A DNA stretch of 64,000 bases from Mobula birostris (Eukaryota): assembly GCF_030028105.1 (NCBI RefSeq), contig NC_092372.1:125473492-125537491 (forward strand). The letters are read 5' to 3'. Positions 39,120-50,540 of the stretch are shown here, one piece after another; position 1 is the first letter of the stretch; the number at the start of each line of letters is the position of its first letter. Below the pieces are notes generated by a model that saw only the letters and a program-made list of their open reading frames with translations, made no database searches and was not told where the DNA came from. Position numbers and translations under genes: made by a program.

Positions 39120-39330
39120 TGTGGAAACGCCTCTCACAAAATGCCGGAGGAACTCGGCATCTACGGGAAAGAGTAAACAGTTGAAATTTCGGGCGGACAC
39201 AAGGGTCTCGGTCTGAAACGCCGAGTGTACTCTTTTACATAGATGCTGCCGGGCCCGCTGAGTTCCCCCAGCATTTTGTGAGTGTTACTTGAACTTCCAG
39301 CATCTGCAGATCTTCTCTTGTTTGCGATCC
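39120..39330. repeat. Penelope-terminus-derived hairpin element
   Basis: Arms aaaatgccggaggaactcggc / gctgagttcccccagcatttt around a degenerate hammerhead (aagggtctcggtctgaaacg). Confidence 0.7.
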
Positions 39331-39413
39331 TTTAACTCTAAACGTTTTGTGGACTTTGGGGAAAAATGTAAACATTAACAAGTAAATATTTCTTAAAGTT
39401 ACAGTATATGTAT

Positions 39414-39776
39414 TGTGGCGAGCTTTTGGTCCATAATGACAGACAAGGAAGCTCTTATAACTCAACAACCATTTTATTTTGATAAACTCCAAACGGAGCG
39501 GGCACTATGACCCGGAGCGTGAACACAAAATACTCTGCAGATGCTGAACCCAACCAGTCTCACCAGACGAGGGTGGTGACCAACACACACCCCGGTTATA
39601 GTCAGGGTGACCCACAGATAGACAAGTAAATAACCCAAGCTATCATGTAACAATAAATCAACTGGAACTTCCCACCATAATCCCACAAAAGCATTTTAAC
39701 ACAAGAACAATAAACAGTACAGGTCAGTAGAAATGGAGGGGCGGCTGTCGATCACGCCCCTCCCCAGAGCGACACA
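39414..39776. mobile_element. Possible solo LTR
   Basis: Termini tgtggcg...cgacaca and internal AATAAA; flanks give no clean TSD. Confidence 0.4.
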
Positions 39777-39944
39777 GAGTGAGGGCATGCGTTTAAGATT
39801 GTGTAATATTTGATGTATCATTAAACTGTTTGATTTTCTTTAGTGAAAAGCTGTATTTGCTTTGTTAAACAGAAAAGTGCAAAGCCCATGGAAACCACAA
39901 AAGTAAAAATAAATTAAATATTATATAATCAGACAGCACAGAAA

Positions 39945-40970
39945 CAATCTCCTTGGGCCTGCATGTTGACAGGTAATCTAATCCCGCTTTCAGACCACAT
40001 CCTGCCATGGCTTTCCTATCCACATTCCTGACCAAATAATTTTTAAAATATGCAATGGGATCTGCGTCCACCACCCCCTCTGGCAGTTCATTCGGACATT
40101 TCTTCACCCACTAGGTGAAAAACTTAACCTCTGCTATCTCCTTTAAATCTCTCTTCACTCATTCTAAATCTATGTCCTCTAGTTCTCAACTCTCCTGCCC
40201 TGGGGGGAAAATAAGATTCCTTCTATTTATCTTATCTCATGATTTATCAACCTCTGTAAGATTACCCCTCTGCCTCCTACATTCCTGCGAGAATAAAATA
40301 TTTTCCAAACAGGGAGCAAATTCAGAAATCAGAGATGCAATGGAACTTGGGACTCCTTGTGCAGGACTCCATAACGGTTAACGTGCAGGCTCAGTCAGTA
40401 GTAAGGAAGACAAATACAATGTTAGTGTTCATTTCAAGAGGACTAGAATATAAAAACAAGAAATTAATGCTGTGGCTTTATGAGGCATTGGTCAGACCAC
40501 ATTTTGAGCCCCATATTTAAAAAAGGGTGTGAAGGCATTGGAGAGTGTCATGGGAGGTTTACGAGAATAATCCCAGTGTGAAATGGCTAATGAATGAGGT
40601 GTGTTTGAAGGCTCTGGGAGGGAGGATCTCATTGAAACCTACTGAATATTGAAAGGCCTAGGTAGAATAGAGATGGAGAGGGTGTTTCCAATCGTGGGAG
40701 AGTTCAGTAACAGAAGGCACATCCTCAGAATAGGACGATGTCCATTTAGAACAGGGATAGGGAGGAATTTCTTCAGCCAGAGGGTGGTGTATCTGTGGAA
40801 TTCATCGCCACAGATGGCTGTCGAGGCCGGATCATTGGGTATATTCGATGCTTAAGCAGTAAGGGTATCTGAGATTATGAGGAGAAGGCAGGAGAATGGG
40901 ATTAAGAGGAAAAGTAATTCAGCCATGATCAAATGACAGTGCTGATGGGCCAAATGGCCTTAATTTGCTA
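39945..40970. mobile_element. Two CR1 3' fragments (about 39945-40290 on -, about 40330-40970 on +)
   Basis: Degenerate CR1 C-terminal codons (LYEALVRPH, RNFFSQRVV) and 3' UTRs. Confidence 0.7.
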
Positions 40971-41670
40971 TCTCACTAAACTCTTGAGTGCTTTGTTTCC
41001 CAAACCATGTCAAGTCCCCGTCCAGGTCTCCTGTTTATGTTGTTCCTTTGGACCATGTAATGCCTGTATTACTGGCAAAATGATGTTTCAAAATGAAATC
41101 TTTTCTAAACCAAGATGGAATTCTGAAGTACTAGTTTGGGGAATGTCTACATATTAATCACCAGCCCATGAGGATTTTAATCTTCATTGGAGGATAATGA
41201 AATAAGTCTTCGAAGACTTGGGATTCTTAGTAAAGAGCAGGGAAAATACAGTCCTGGGTTAAAAACTGTAAATTGTTTTCCTATGTACACTAGAGTTTCT
41301 CAGTCTCTGTTGTTGTTTGATTGCTCTTGTAAGCTTGGCATTACACAATTAGTTTGCCCACAGGATTGCTTTAGGCTGTGGACTCATAGCACCAAGAGAT
41401 GGCAACGAAGAACAATCTACTCAGCCTCATCCCCTGTAGCCTAGCGAATAATTCCTTCAAATACCAATCCAATTCCTTTCGGAAAAACCAGCCTGATCCC
41501 ACCAGCTTCAGTGCAGCAGGCTCCTGATTATTAGCATTCTCTGCTTTATACAGGGGTTCTTGCAACCCATGCTTCTTATCCTTATCGCTTTAAAGTTGTG
41601 GGTGATTCTTTAATTACGGTAAGTTAAATCTATCCTGGCATAGATTGTCAAGAAAAAAAAAAGTTTTAAA

Positions 41671-41762
41671 CAACACACATCAAAGTTGCTGGTGAACGCA
41701 GCAGGCCAGGCAGCATCTGTAGGAAGAGGTGCAGTCAACGTTTCAGGCCGAGACCCTTCGTC
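41671..41762 (-). mobile_element. 92-bp Penelope terminal unit with hammerhead core
   Basis: TSD agttttaaa (41662-41670 / 41763-41771, overlapping the core); CUGACGA-A-GGGUCUCGGCCU-GAAAC-GUU. Confidence 0.7.
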
Positions 41763-42319
41763 AGTTTTAAAAGCAGTTTTAAAAGTTATGTAATAGTAAC
41801 TCTAAACTTTTTTTTCCAGTATGTTTCATAAATAATATCTTCTTAGTTTTTGAGTTAAACACTTGAATATGCCAGAATTTCACTATTTTGGGCTTGTCTC
41901 CTACCCAGACTCTATAATTTTGTCTTCAAATAAAGTAACAGCAAGTATGAAATTCATGAAACTTTTAGTTTGTATTTTCTCACAAGAACTTTTAAAACAC
42001 ATATCAAATTCATGTGGGTTTTTTTAATATAATTTATACATTTTTATGACAAAGAACCACTGTCCCCAATATTTTTGTCATTACCAACATGCAGCACATT
42101 TTAGAGACCAATCAAGTTTTTTTGAAGCAACTGCTTATGTGGTTGTCATAAAAATGAGAAGTGACAGGGGAGCATGTAGCTGTCTGGGCAGTAGACTGAC
42201 ATTTTAAAAACACAAACACTGACATTTTGATGTCCAGAAATGTGAGTAATTGAAATATTTATACCTACTGATCTGAGTGTATGTTTATTACGTGTCATTA
42301 CCAAACAAATTACTATTTG

Positions 42320-42478
42320 CAAACAGCAGGAATTCTGCAGATGCTGGAAATTCAAGCAACAGACATCAAAGTTGCTGGTGAACGCAGCAGGCCAGGCAGC
42401 ATCTCTAGGAAGAGGTGCAGTCAACGTTTCAGGCCGAGACCCTCCGTCAGGACTAACTGAAGGAAGAGTGAGTAAAAG
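42320..42478 (-). mobile_element. 159-bp Penelope terminal unit with hammerhead-like core
   Basis: 11-bp TSD attactatttg (42309-42319 / 42479-42489); core CUGACGG (A9 to G)...GAAAC-GUU at 42418-42456. Confidence 0.78.
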
Positions 42479-44568
42479 ATTACTATTTGAGTGTTTTAAC
42501 TGAGAAATAATTAATTTCACTTTATGTCTGTATACTTAAATTTACAAGCTAGCAATCAAATCGAGTTAGCAAGTGCAAGACTAAGCCAGCTTTTTCTTTA
42601 AAACATGAGAAATGTCGTTACCATCACACAACTGGCGGTGAAGTTATCAAGATGGCCCAAAAATCATCAGCAGACCGATCAAAAAAAAACAGAGACACTA
42701 TTAAAGTAGATCCAGTGAAATATCAGCAGTACTTTGAAAAAGAAAGTAGAATACAAAAAAAAGGGAAACAGGAAAATTTAAGATCATCTCACAATTACCA
42801 AAGCACAAACAGAGACGGAAGAGACGACAGTGGAGAGTTAATCAAAGAAACAAAAGGGTTGCTGATAAGAAAAGACAGGCAGTACAAGGTTTAAGAGCGG
42901 AGAATACCCGGCCAGAATCTCCAGTACACCTGCAACTAGAACACCATGACCTCATCTTCCTGATGCTTCACCTATGCACTAAAAGAGACTGTAAAAAAGT
43001 GCATTAAATTTCAAGTGTTGCTTTTTTCAGAATTGAGATTTGTGTGATGTTCCATTTGTCTTACTGATTAAAAAAATGTGTGCAGAGAGTTTATTAAATG
43101 TTTTGTTGGTGTTAAAAAAGTGATCTCTCTTATGGACAATTGAAAAATAATGATTTCTATGGTCTGTTTGAAATTTGAGTTGCTGCTTATTCCAGACCTG
43201 GGGAGGGTTAGGCGGATGCTTTTGTAAGCATTATTGTTTTTTTTTCAAACAAGACTATACAATGTCTAGCTGGGCTGCCTACGTGCACGTTTCACGTGGA
43301 TTTTTTAACAATGTTATCTAGCTGCCTGTCTTAAAAACTGTGATTGCTGATGGAATTTTGATAAATAAGGACTGTAAGAATGTGTTTTTAATTGTAAGTG
43401 TTGCTTCTTCTAGTTGGACAGCTGTTCTTTCTGTCAGAGTTAATGTTAAACAAAAACCATTGTTTGCCAATGTTAAAAGTATTTTGTTATTACCATCGCA
43501 GTGCATATTTTAAAAAGTTTTGTTTAGTACTATTGGTCTAAACTCATTTGCTGGAGTCAAGTGCTTTGATGTCAAAATCAGCATGCTGTCAGTGTTAAAT
43601 TCCAATAGTCTAATTAATAAACAAGTGTTTCATTGTTTAGCCAAGGAAAATATTGACAAGCTTAAGAAAATTTGTCTTAAAATATAATCTGAATGTAAAA
43701 ATGAGTCAAATGAAATTTATTAAAGGGCATTTTTTTTATTTGCAGGATTGACTTTGAAATCTTGTTTTAGTCATTTCATTTTAAATTAAGTTCAGTGTTT
43801 TGATGGCGTGATGGTAATGACTTTCATCTGTGAAAACTCTGCAAAAATGCCTTAAAATATAAAAGTTTTCTTAAAGATTGATCAATGCCAAGATCTGGTC
43901 TTCATTCCAGAGCCTAAAATAAATATTCTAACTTAAACAAAACAGAGTTTCATTAAATTTCATTTTTCAGAATTTCAAGTAGCCAAAAGTGTCCCTAAGT
44001 GCAGAATCACCCTTACACGTGCTGTTCCCTGAACCCTCTGCAAATGGAAATGTCTTTTGCTTTAAGCTTATTGTAATCTATCAACCTACATCAAATCTGT
44101 AAGTCCAAAGGTTGCAGCGAAAATTTCCATCTCCTCCTCCTCACTCAGCTTCCTTATGATTTCAGTGGGTTATGAACTTACAAAACAAATACAAAAACAA
44201 CTTTTGTTCTACAGCTGCATTTTATAACCTTGGCAAAATCAATTACAAAAGTTTTCAAAGGATTTTAATTAGTGGGAGCACAAACATAAGAGTTGAGTCC
44301 TTGGTTTTTCCTGTCTTTGTCTAATTTTCAACTTGGCAGGTGGTGTAATAACCTCAGAAAGTACCTGAAAACACTTTAATACTTCAAGTTCACAGATGGG
44401 ATCAGACTCACAAACTAAAACCATTGTTTGTCAATGTTAACATTGACAATGGAGGAATTTTAACTTCCGTGCGTATACAGTAATTCATCAGCGTCTGAGA
44501 GAAGGATCAGTTAAATATGCTTACTTTCAGAATTTGACAGCTTCAGATTTAACATCAATGGGCTAGGG

Positions 44569-46010
44569 CAGTGTTTCCCAACCTTTTTTAGCTCAATACC
44601 CCCATAAAGCACTTTCGTACTTACCAACGCCCCTCTTAGGCACAATATACTTTCCGGCGCTCCCATTGTGTAAAAACATGTCTATCATATGCTAACATGA
44701 GAAAAATGATTCTACTTTAAATTTTTACTTGTCATTAAACCTAGTTTACACAGTACCTGTGCACTGTACAGCAGCTTCGATATCAATGTGATCCTTGAAC
44801 TTGATGGTTTTTAGCAAGAATTGAAATATCTGGTTCAAGTTGTGACTGCAGAAGCCTGAAGTCTCCACGTGTAACAATATCCAAGTGGTTTCTGTTTTTG
44901 TGAGATTGTGGTTCACTGCACTGAAGCCTCTTTCAACAAGGTAAGTAGATGGAAGTGCAATGAAGAGCAGTTTGGCTCTTCTCCAAAGACCAGGGAACTT
45001 TGTATGACTGTGTAGCCACACATCACAAAAGCCAGCATTTTTGAAAAACATTTTTGCCTCTTCATCATTTGATAATTCTTCTTGTGAGCTCTGTTCCTGT
45101 TCTTCCACCTTGCAAAGAAATGGGTTAATTTCCCAGTCCAGATTTTCCAGATCATTCAAATCCTTCTTCATTGACTAGAGCTGTAAGTGGTACTCTTGCA
45201 AATCACCATCTGTGAAAGAGATGTCATACTTTCCATACACTGAAACTGTGGGAACACTCTTCTCCCAGTGATTCGTTCATGTATTTCCAATATTCCATTA
45301 AAAGTGGATGCTGCACTTTTTGCCCAGATTAAATTGAAATTCTCACCCTGCAGTTTCTTATTTGGAATGTTCATTTTGTTATATAGATTGGCTTGGTCTG
45401 CCTCATCTTCACATAAAAAGTTCAATCTTGTCTCCCAAGCTCTTGTTGACTTTGAGCAAAAATTCAACCACAGTGTAGAAAAGATCAAAGAAAAATTTTA
45501 AGCAGCAGCCTTTTGACAGCCAATGCACTCAGTGTGAAGAAGCAAGCATTCAAACTCTTCATCATTATCTTGGCATAACTGGCAAAATATTCAGCTATTT
45601 AATGGATGAGCTTAAATTTAGTTCATAGACGATATTACAAGAATCCTGCTTGGGATAAAAAGACATTATCTGAGGTTCTTGTCTGTGAGATGTTGATGGT
45701 GAATTACACAATGGATTGCAAATGGACTTGGAATTTCTTTTTTCGTAAATGCCACTAAACCAGCATGATGACCTGTCACACATGGTGCTTCATCTGTTGC
45801 AGAAGAAATCAGGTTCCTAATTGGAATACTTTTATCCTCAATATACATTTTGAGCTCATCGTGGATTGTTTCGCCATTGATATTTGTTTTTTTAAAACTT
45901 TTTACAAACGAGGATCTCTTCCTAAAGTTTTCCATTTCTGATAAACCGTACCTATGTCATTAGCAATGCCTCATTGTCTTCCACAGTTGACTCATCCAGT
46001 TTGTTGGCCA
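44569..46010 (-). mobile_element. hAT-Charlie transposon 3' half (transposase pseudogene)
   Basis: TIR cagtgtttcccaacc; LDESTV, ATDEAP, IHCVIH, and the hATC domain FPGLWRRAKLLFIALPSTYLVERGFSAV. Confidence 0.88.
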
Positions 46011-46359
46011 GAAAGAACTACAGTCTACAATCAGTGAATTCTAATGAACTAAGGACGGTAGAAACAGACAGGCCAGTTTCCTTTGTTCTTGCCAAGAGGG
46101 AGGAGATGGAGGCTGCCATTTTATGAAGAGACTGTGTTCTCCATTTTGTGAGCCAGTTGCTTAGATTGATCAGTGTTTTAAAGTGGACACAATGATGCCT
46201 CAGGTAATCTGCTGGACTAGAGATAATTTCCAAATGAAAAGATATTTGTGAGATGTTCGTTGGTTGGATGTAACATACAAGTTTGTGAACGTTGGTCTGT
46301 GTCTGGTCTGTGTGATTGAGAACAAAGAGCCAGAAATGACAATTGTCACTTGAATTGAA

Positions 46360-46960
46360 TTGACTTTATTAAATTGAAATGACATTATTTCTTACATCCT
46401 GCACATACATGAGTAAAAACCTTTATGCTATGTCTCCATCTAAATGTGCCACGTGCAATCATAGTAACATAATAAATAGAACAGTGAATGTAATATAGAG
46501 TACACTCAAATCAGTGTGAATTAAGCAGTCTGATGGCCTGGTGGAAGAAGCTGTCCAGGAGCCTGTTGGTCCTGGTTTTTAATCTGCAGTACCGTTTCCC
46601 GGATGGTAGCAGCTGGAATAGATTGTGGTTGGGGTGACTCGGGTCCCCAATGATCCTACAGGCCCTTTTTTCACACCTGTCCTTGTAAATGTCCTGAATC
46701 ATAGAAAGTTCACAACTGCAGATGCTCTGGGCTGTCTGCACCACTCTCTGCAGAGTCCTGTGATTAAGGGAAGTGCAGTTCCCGTACCAGACAGTGATGT
46801 AGCCTGTCAGGATGCTCTCAATTGTGCCCCTATGGAAAGTTTTTAAGATTTAGGGGCCTATACTAAACTTCAACCATCTGAGGTGAAAGAGGAGCTGCTG
46901 TGCCTTTTTCACCACACAGTGGTACGCACAAACCGCGAGATCCTTGGTGAAGTTGATGCT
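46360..46960 (-). mobile_element. Rex1-type LINE 3' end
   Basis: ORF 46511-46744 (CELSMIQDIY, LPSGKRY, DSFFHQAIRL); tail gaattgaattg. Confidence 0.8.
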
Positions 46961-47052
46961 GAGGAAAAGTGGATCAGCCACAATAAAAAAAGTGGAGCAC
47001 AGACTCAATGGCCAAATGGCCTAATTCTGCTCTTGCATCTTATGGTCTTAGT

Positions 47053-47284
47053 TGTTGCGTGAATGAAGTCTCCGGAGAAAGTTATTGGTAGATACAAAGC
47101 AGCCTCCTTATTTGACAGAACAAGGTACAGCAGGCATCATATAGAGACGCTTTTGGTGGAAAGGTCTGTCGGCCCAATGAAGGGCTCGATATTTTAAATG
47201 CACAATACATTTCCAGCTGTGAAGACTGGGAACCAAAGTCAATTGCTAAATGTGCATGTCCTAAACCCCCAAACCACTCTAACA
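47053..47284 (-). repeat. 3' LTR of the provirus (about 180-bp internal deletion)
   Basis: tgttgcgtg...ctctaaca; aligns by eye to 56655-57069; PPT adjacent at 47285-47295. Confidence 0.75.
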
Positions 47285-47759
47285 GTCCCTCCTCATGGCC
47301 TCCTAGACAAATATAAATTTGTACCAGAAAAGGCCAAAAAGCCAACCTAAAGGATCTACTCAAATAGGGCCGCAAAAATGCCCTGCCTCGGAATCCCACC
47401 CCCCCTCAATTATTTTGTGTGTCTCCACATCTATCCTATTATCCCTAATTGCTACCTACAAAATGCTAAGCAGAGAGTTTATTCCAGAAATTTGAACAAC
47501 AGTCTTTAGAAATGTGGCTTTGTTCATATTCCTGTTGATTCTTCCCCTCTGGCCGACTGCAGCTTAATCACATTCCTTGTCTTCACCCCTTCATTCTCTG
47601 GTAGCTAAAATTCTTTCCAGGGGCACCAGCAAGGCAAGTGCGTTAGGCTCACAGGCCCTCTCATCACTGTACGGGAAGGGGTTGGGGTGGTCTCCTTTTG
47701 AATGACTGCAAGGACCCCTCCCCGGTAGCATGCTAATTCACAGGTTTCTGCCATGCTCT

Positions 47760-48925
47760 ATGCAGCTTGCTACCACACAAACTGGACCCCCTACAATTCA
47801 CCTACCAACACAACCAATCAACAGACGACACAATAGCCACTGCTCTGTGTACCGTCCTTACACATCTGGAGAAGGATGCTTATGTGAGAATGCTGTTCTT
47901 CGACCACAGTTCAGCATTCAACACTATGATTCCCCATAGGCTCGACAAGAAGCTTAGAGACCTCAGCCTTGACCCTGTCTTTTGTAGCTGGATCCTGGAC
48001 TTCCTGTCAGATTGCTGGCAGGTGGTAAGAGTGTGCTCCCTCACCTCCACCCCTCTGATTCTCAATACATGAGCCCCTCAGGGCTGTGTACCAAGTCCCT
48101 TTCTTTACTCCCTGTATACCTATGACTGTATTGACACCCACAGCTCCAATCTGTTAATTACATTTGCTGACGACACTACATTGATTGGCCTAATCTCAAA
48201 CAATAATGAGGTGGCCTATAGTGGTGTCAAGAAAACAACCTCTCCCTCACTGTCGCAAAAACAAAGGAGCTGGTTGTGGATTACAGGAGGAATGGAGACA
48301 GGCTAACCCCTATTGACATCAATGGATCTGGGGTTGAGAGGGTAAATAGCTTTAAGTTCCTCAGCATCCACATCACCAAGGACCTCCCGTGGTCTGTACA
48401 CACCAGCTGTGTGGTGAGAAAGGCACAACAGCACCTCTTTCACCTCAGATGGTCTGAGGAAGTTTGGTATGGGCCCCCAAATCCAAATAACTTTCTACAG
48501 GGACACAATTGAGAACATCCTGACTGGCTGCATCACCTCTTGGTATGGGAACTGTCCCTCCCAAAATCGCAGAACTCTACAGAGAGTGGTGCTGACAACC
48601 CAGCACATCTATAGATGTGAACTTCCCATGATTCAGGACATTTACAAAGACAGGTGTGAGAAAAGCCCGTAGGATCACTGGGGACCTGAGTCACCCCAAC
48701 CACGATCTATTCCAGCTGCTACCATCCGGAAAATGGTACCGCAGCATAAAAGCCAGGACCAACAGGCTCCGAGACAGCTTCTTCCACCAGGCCATCAGAC
48801 TGATTAACTCACCGATTTGAGTGTATTGAGTGTATGTTACATTGACTGTTCTATTCATTATAAGTTACTAAGATTGCACATTGCACATTTAGACAGAAAC
48901 GTAATGTAAAGATTTTTACTCCTCA
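47760..48925 (+). mobile_element. Rex1-type LINE inside the provirus 3' region
   Basis: LPHKLDPLQF, VRMLFFDHSSAFNT, through DSFFHQAIRL and 3' UTR. Confidence 0.82.
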
Positions 48926-49480
48926 TAAGACCATAAGACAAAGGAGCAGAAGTAGGCCATTCGGCCCATCGAGTCTGCTCCGCCATTTTATCATGAGCTG
49001 ATCCATTTTATCCTATTTAGTCCCACTGCCCCCCCTTCTCACCATAACCTTTGATGCCCTGGCTACTCAGATACCTATCAATCTCTTCCTTAAATACGCC
49101 CAATGACTTGGCCTCCACTGCTGCCCATGGCAACAAATTCCATAGATTCACCACCCTCTGACTAAAAAAATTTCTTCGCATTTCTGTTCTGAAAGGGCGC
49201 CCTTCAATCCTGAAGTCATGCCCTCTCGTACTAGACTCCCCCATCATGGGAAACAACTTTGCCACATCCACTCTGTCCATGCCTTTTAACATTCAAAATG
49301 TTTCTATGAGGTCTCCCCTCATTCTTCTAAACTCCAAGGAATACAGTCCAAGAGCGGACAAACGTTCCTCATATGTTAACCCTATCATTCCCGGAATCAT
49401 TCTCGTGAATCTTCTCTGTACCCTCTCCAACGTCAGCACATCCTTTCTTAAATAAGGAGACCAAAACTGCCCACAGTACT
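48926..49480 (-). mobile_element. CR1 3' end
   Basis: ORF 49017-49292 (TRGHDFRI, RRNFFSQRVVNLWN); tail cataagaccataagac. Confidence 0.8.
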
Positions 49481-49589
49481 CATGTATGTGAAGGATGCAA
49501 GAAATAAAGTCAATTCAATTCTTCTGCCTTTGCGTTTCCTGCGGGTATGTTTTCATCAGCCGTGATCAGGTCTGCTGTTTATTTTTTGT

Positions 49590-50075
49590 AGATTATGAAG
49601 ACACGTAGTCCACTTTTATTGTCATTTAGTAATGCATGCATTAAGAAATGATACAATATTTCCTCTGGTGTGATATCACAAAACACAGGACAGAGCAAGA
49701 CTGAAAAAACTAACAAAACCACATAATTATAACACATAGTTACAACAGTGCAACAATACCATAACTTGATGAAGAAGGCCATGAGCACAGTAAAAAGTCC
49801 AAAGTCTCTCAAATGTCCCACATCTCACGCAGACGGGAGAAGGAAGAAAAACTCTCCCTGCCATATCCGACCACGGTCCGACTCTGAGTCATCCGAAAAC
49901 TTCGAGCTCTGATCAGCTCTCCGACACTGAGTACTGAGCACCATCTCTATCCGAATGATTCGACCTCCATCTCAGTCACCAACAGCAGGCAAAGCCGGGG
50001 GTTTTGAGGCCTTCCCTCCGGAAGATTCCCGACCGCGCAGTAACAACAGCAGCGAACTGGCATTTCAGAAATTTC
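49590..50075 (-). mobile_element. LINE 3' UTR fragment (Rex1/L2-like)
   Basis: Ends aatgacaataaaagtggactacgtgtcttcataatct on -. Confidence 0.55.
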
Positions 50076-50540
50076 TTAGGTTCTCTGTAATTACATGGTT
50101 ACTGGGTACACCTGATCCCCCACTCTGTCTGTGGGAGCAACAAGAGGGTGAGTCATATGCTTTAACCTGAATCCAGTGTTTCCATTGGCTGCCTCACCGA
50201 GTCTGCACACAGACACGAGTATCATTGGTTAAGAGTTCCATCTGGGGGCAAACCCTGGCCTTTCTGGCAGCACCTTCACCATGACTTGGTCGCCGGGCTG
50301 TGGAAGGACCATCTCCTTTTCCTCTGGCTCTCTCTGATCAGCAATGTGCTGCTGTTGTTTTGCTCGGTCCTTCAACACTAAGTTGTTTACAGAGGTCTTT
50401 CACACACTGTGTCATTCTATCCCTCCCTGTCAGCCCCAGGCTCCCAGCAACCCGTAATTACCCCATAAGGGAGTCGCATTGCTCTCCCCATCAATAATTC
50501 AGAGGGGCTGAGACCCAACGTGCACTTTGGGGTTGCACGT

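Larger units (their letters stand above)
41600..44012 (+). mobile_element. Decayed DNA transposon of uncertain superfamily (possibly Sola2-like)
   Basis: 10-bp perfect TIR gggtgattct (41600-41609) / agaatcaccc (44003-44012); AT-rich interior; basic N-terminal ORF 42652-42894. Confidence 0.5.

Noticed and set aside
41554-41618. Exon-like segment (GVLATHASYPYRFKVVGDSLIT|gtaagt)
   Set aside because: Its 3' part and donor lie inside the TIR-bounded transposon starting at 41600
44005-44500. Several short plus-strand exon-like frames
   Set aside because: No recognisable protein, inconsistent phases, and one overlaps the transposon TIR
47045-47052. gtctta on both outer flanks as the provirus TSD
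   Set aside because: It is offset 2 nt from the LTR edge and is explained by a CR1-type tail (tcttatggtctta)
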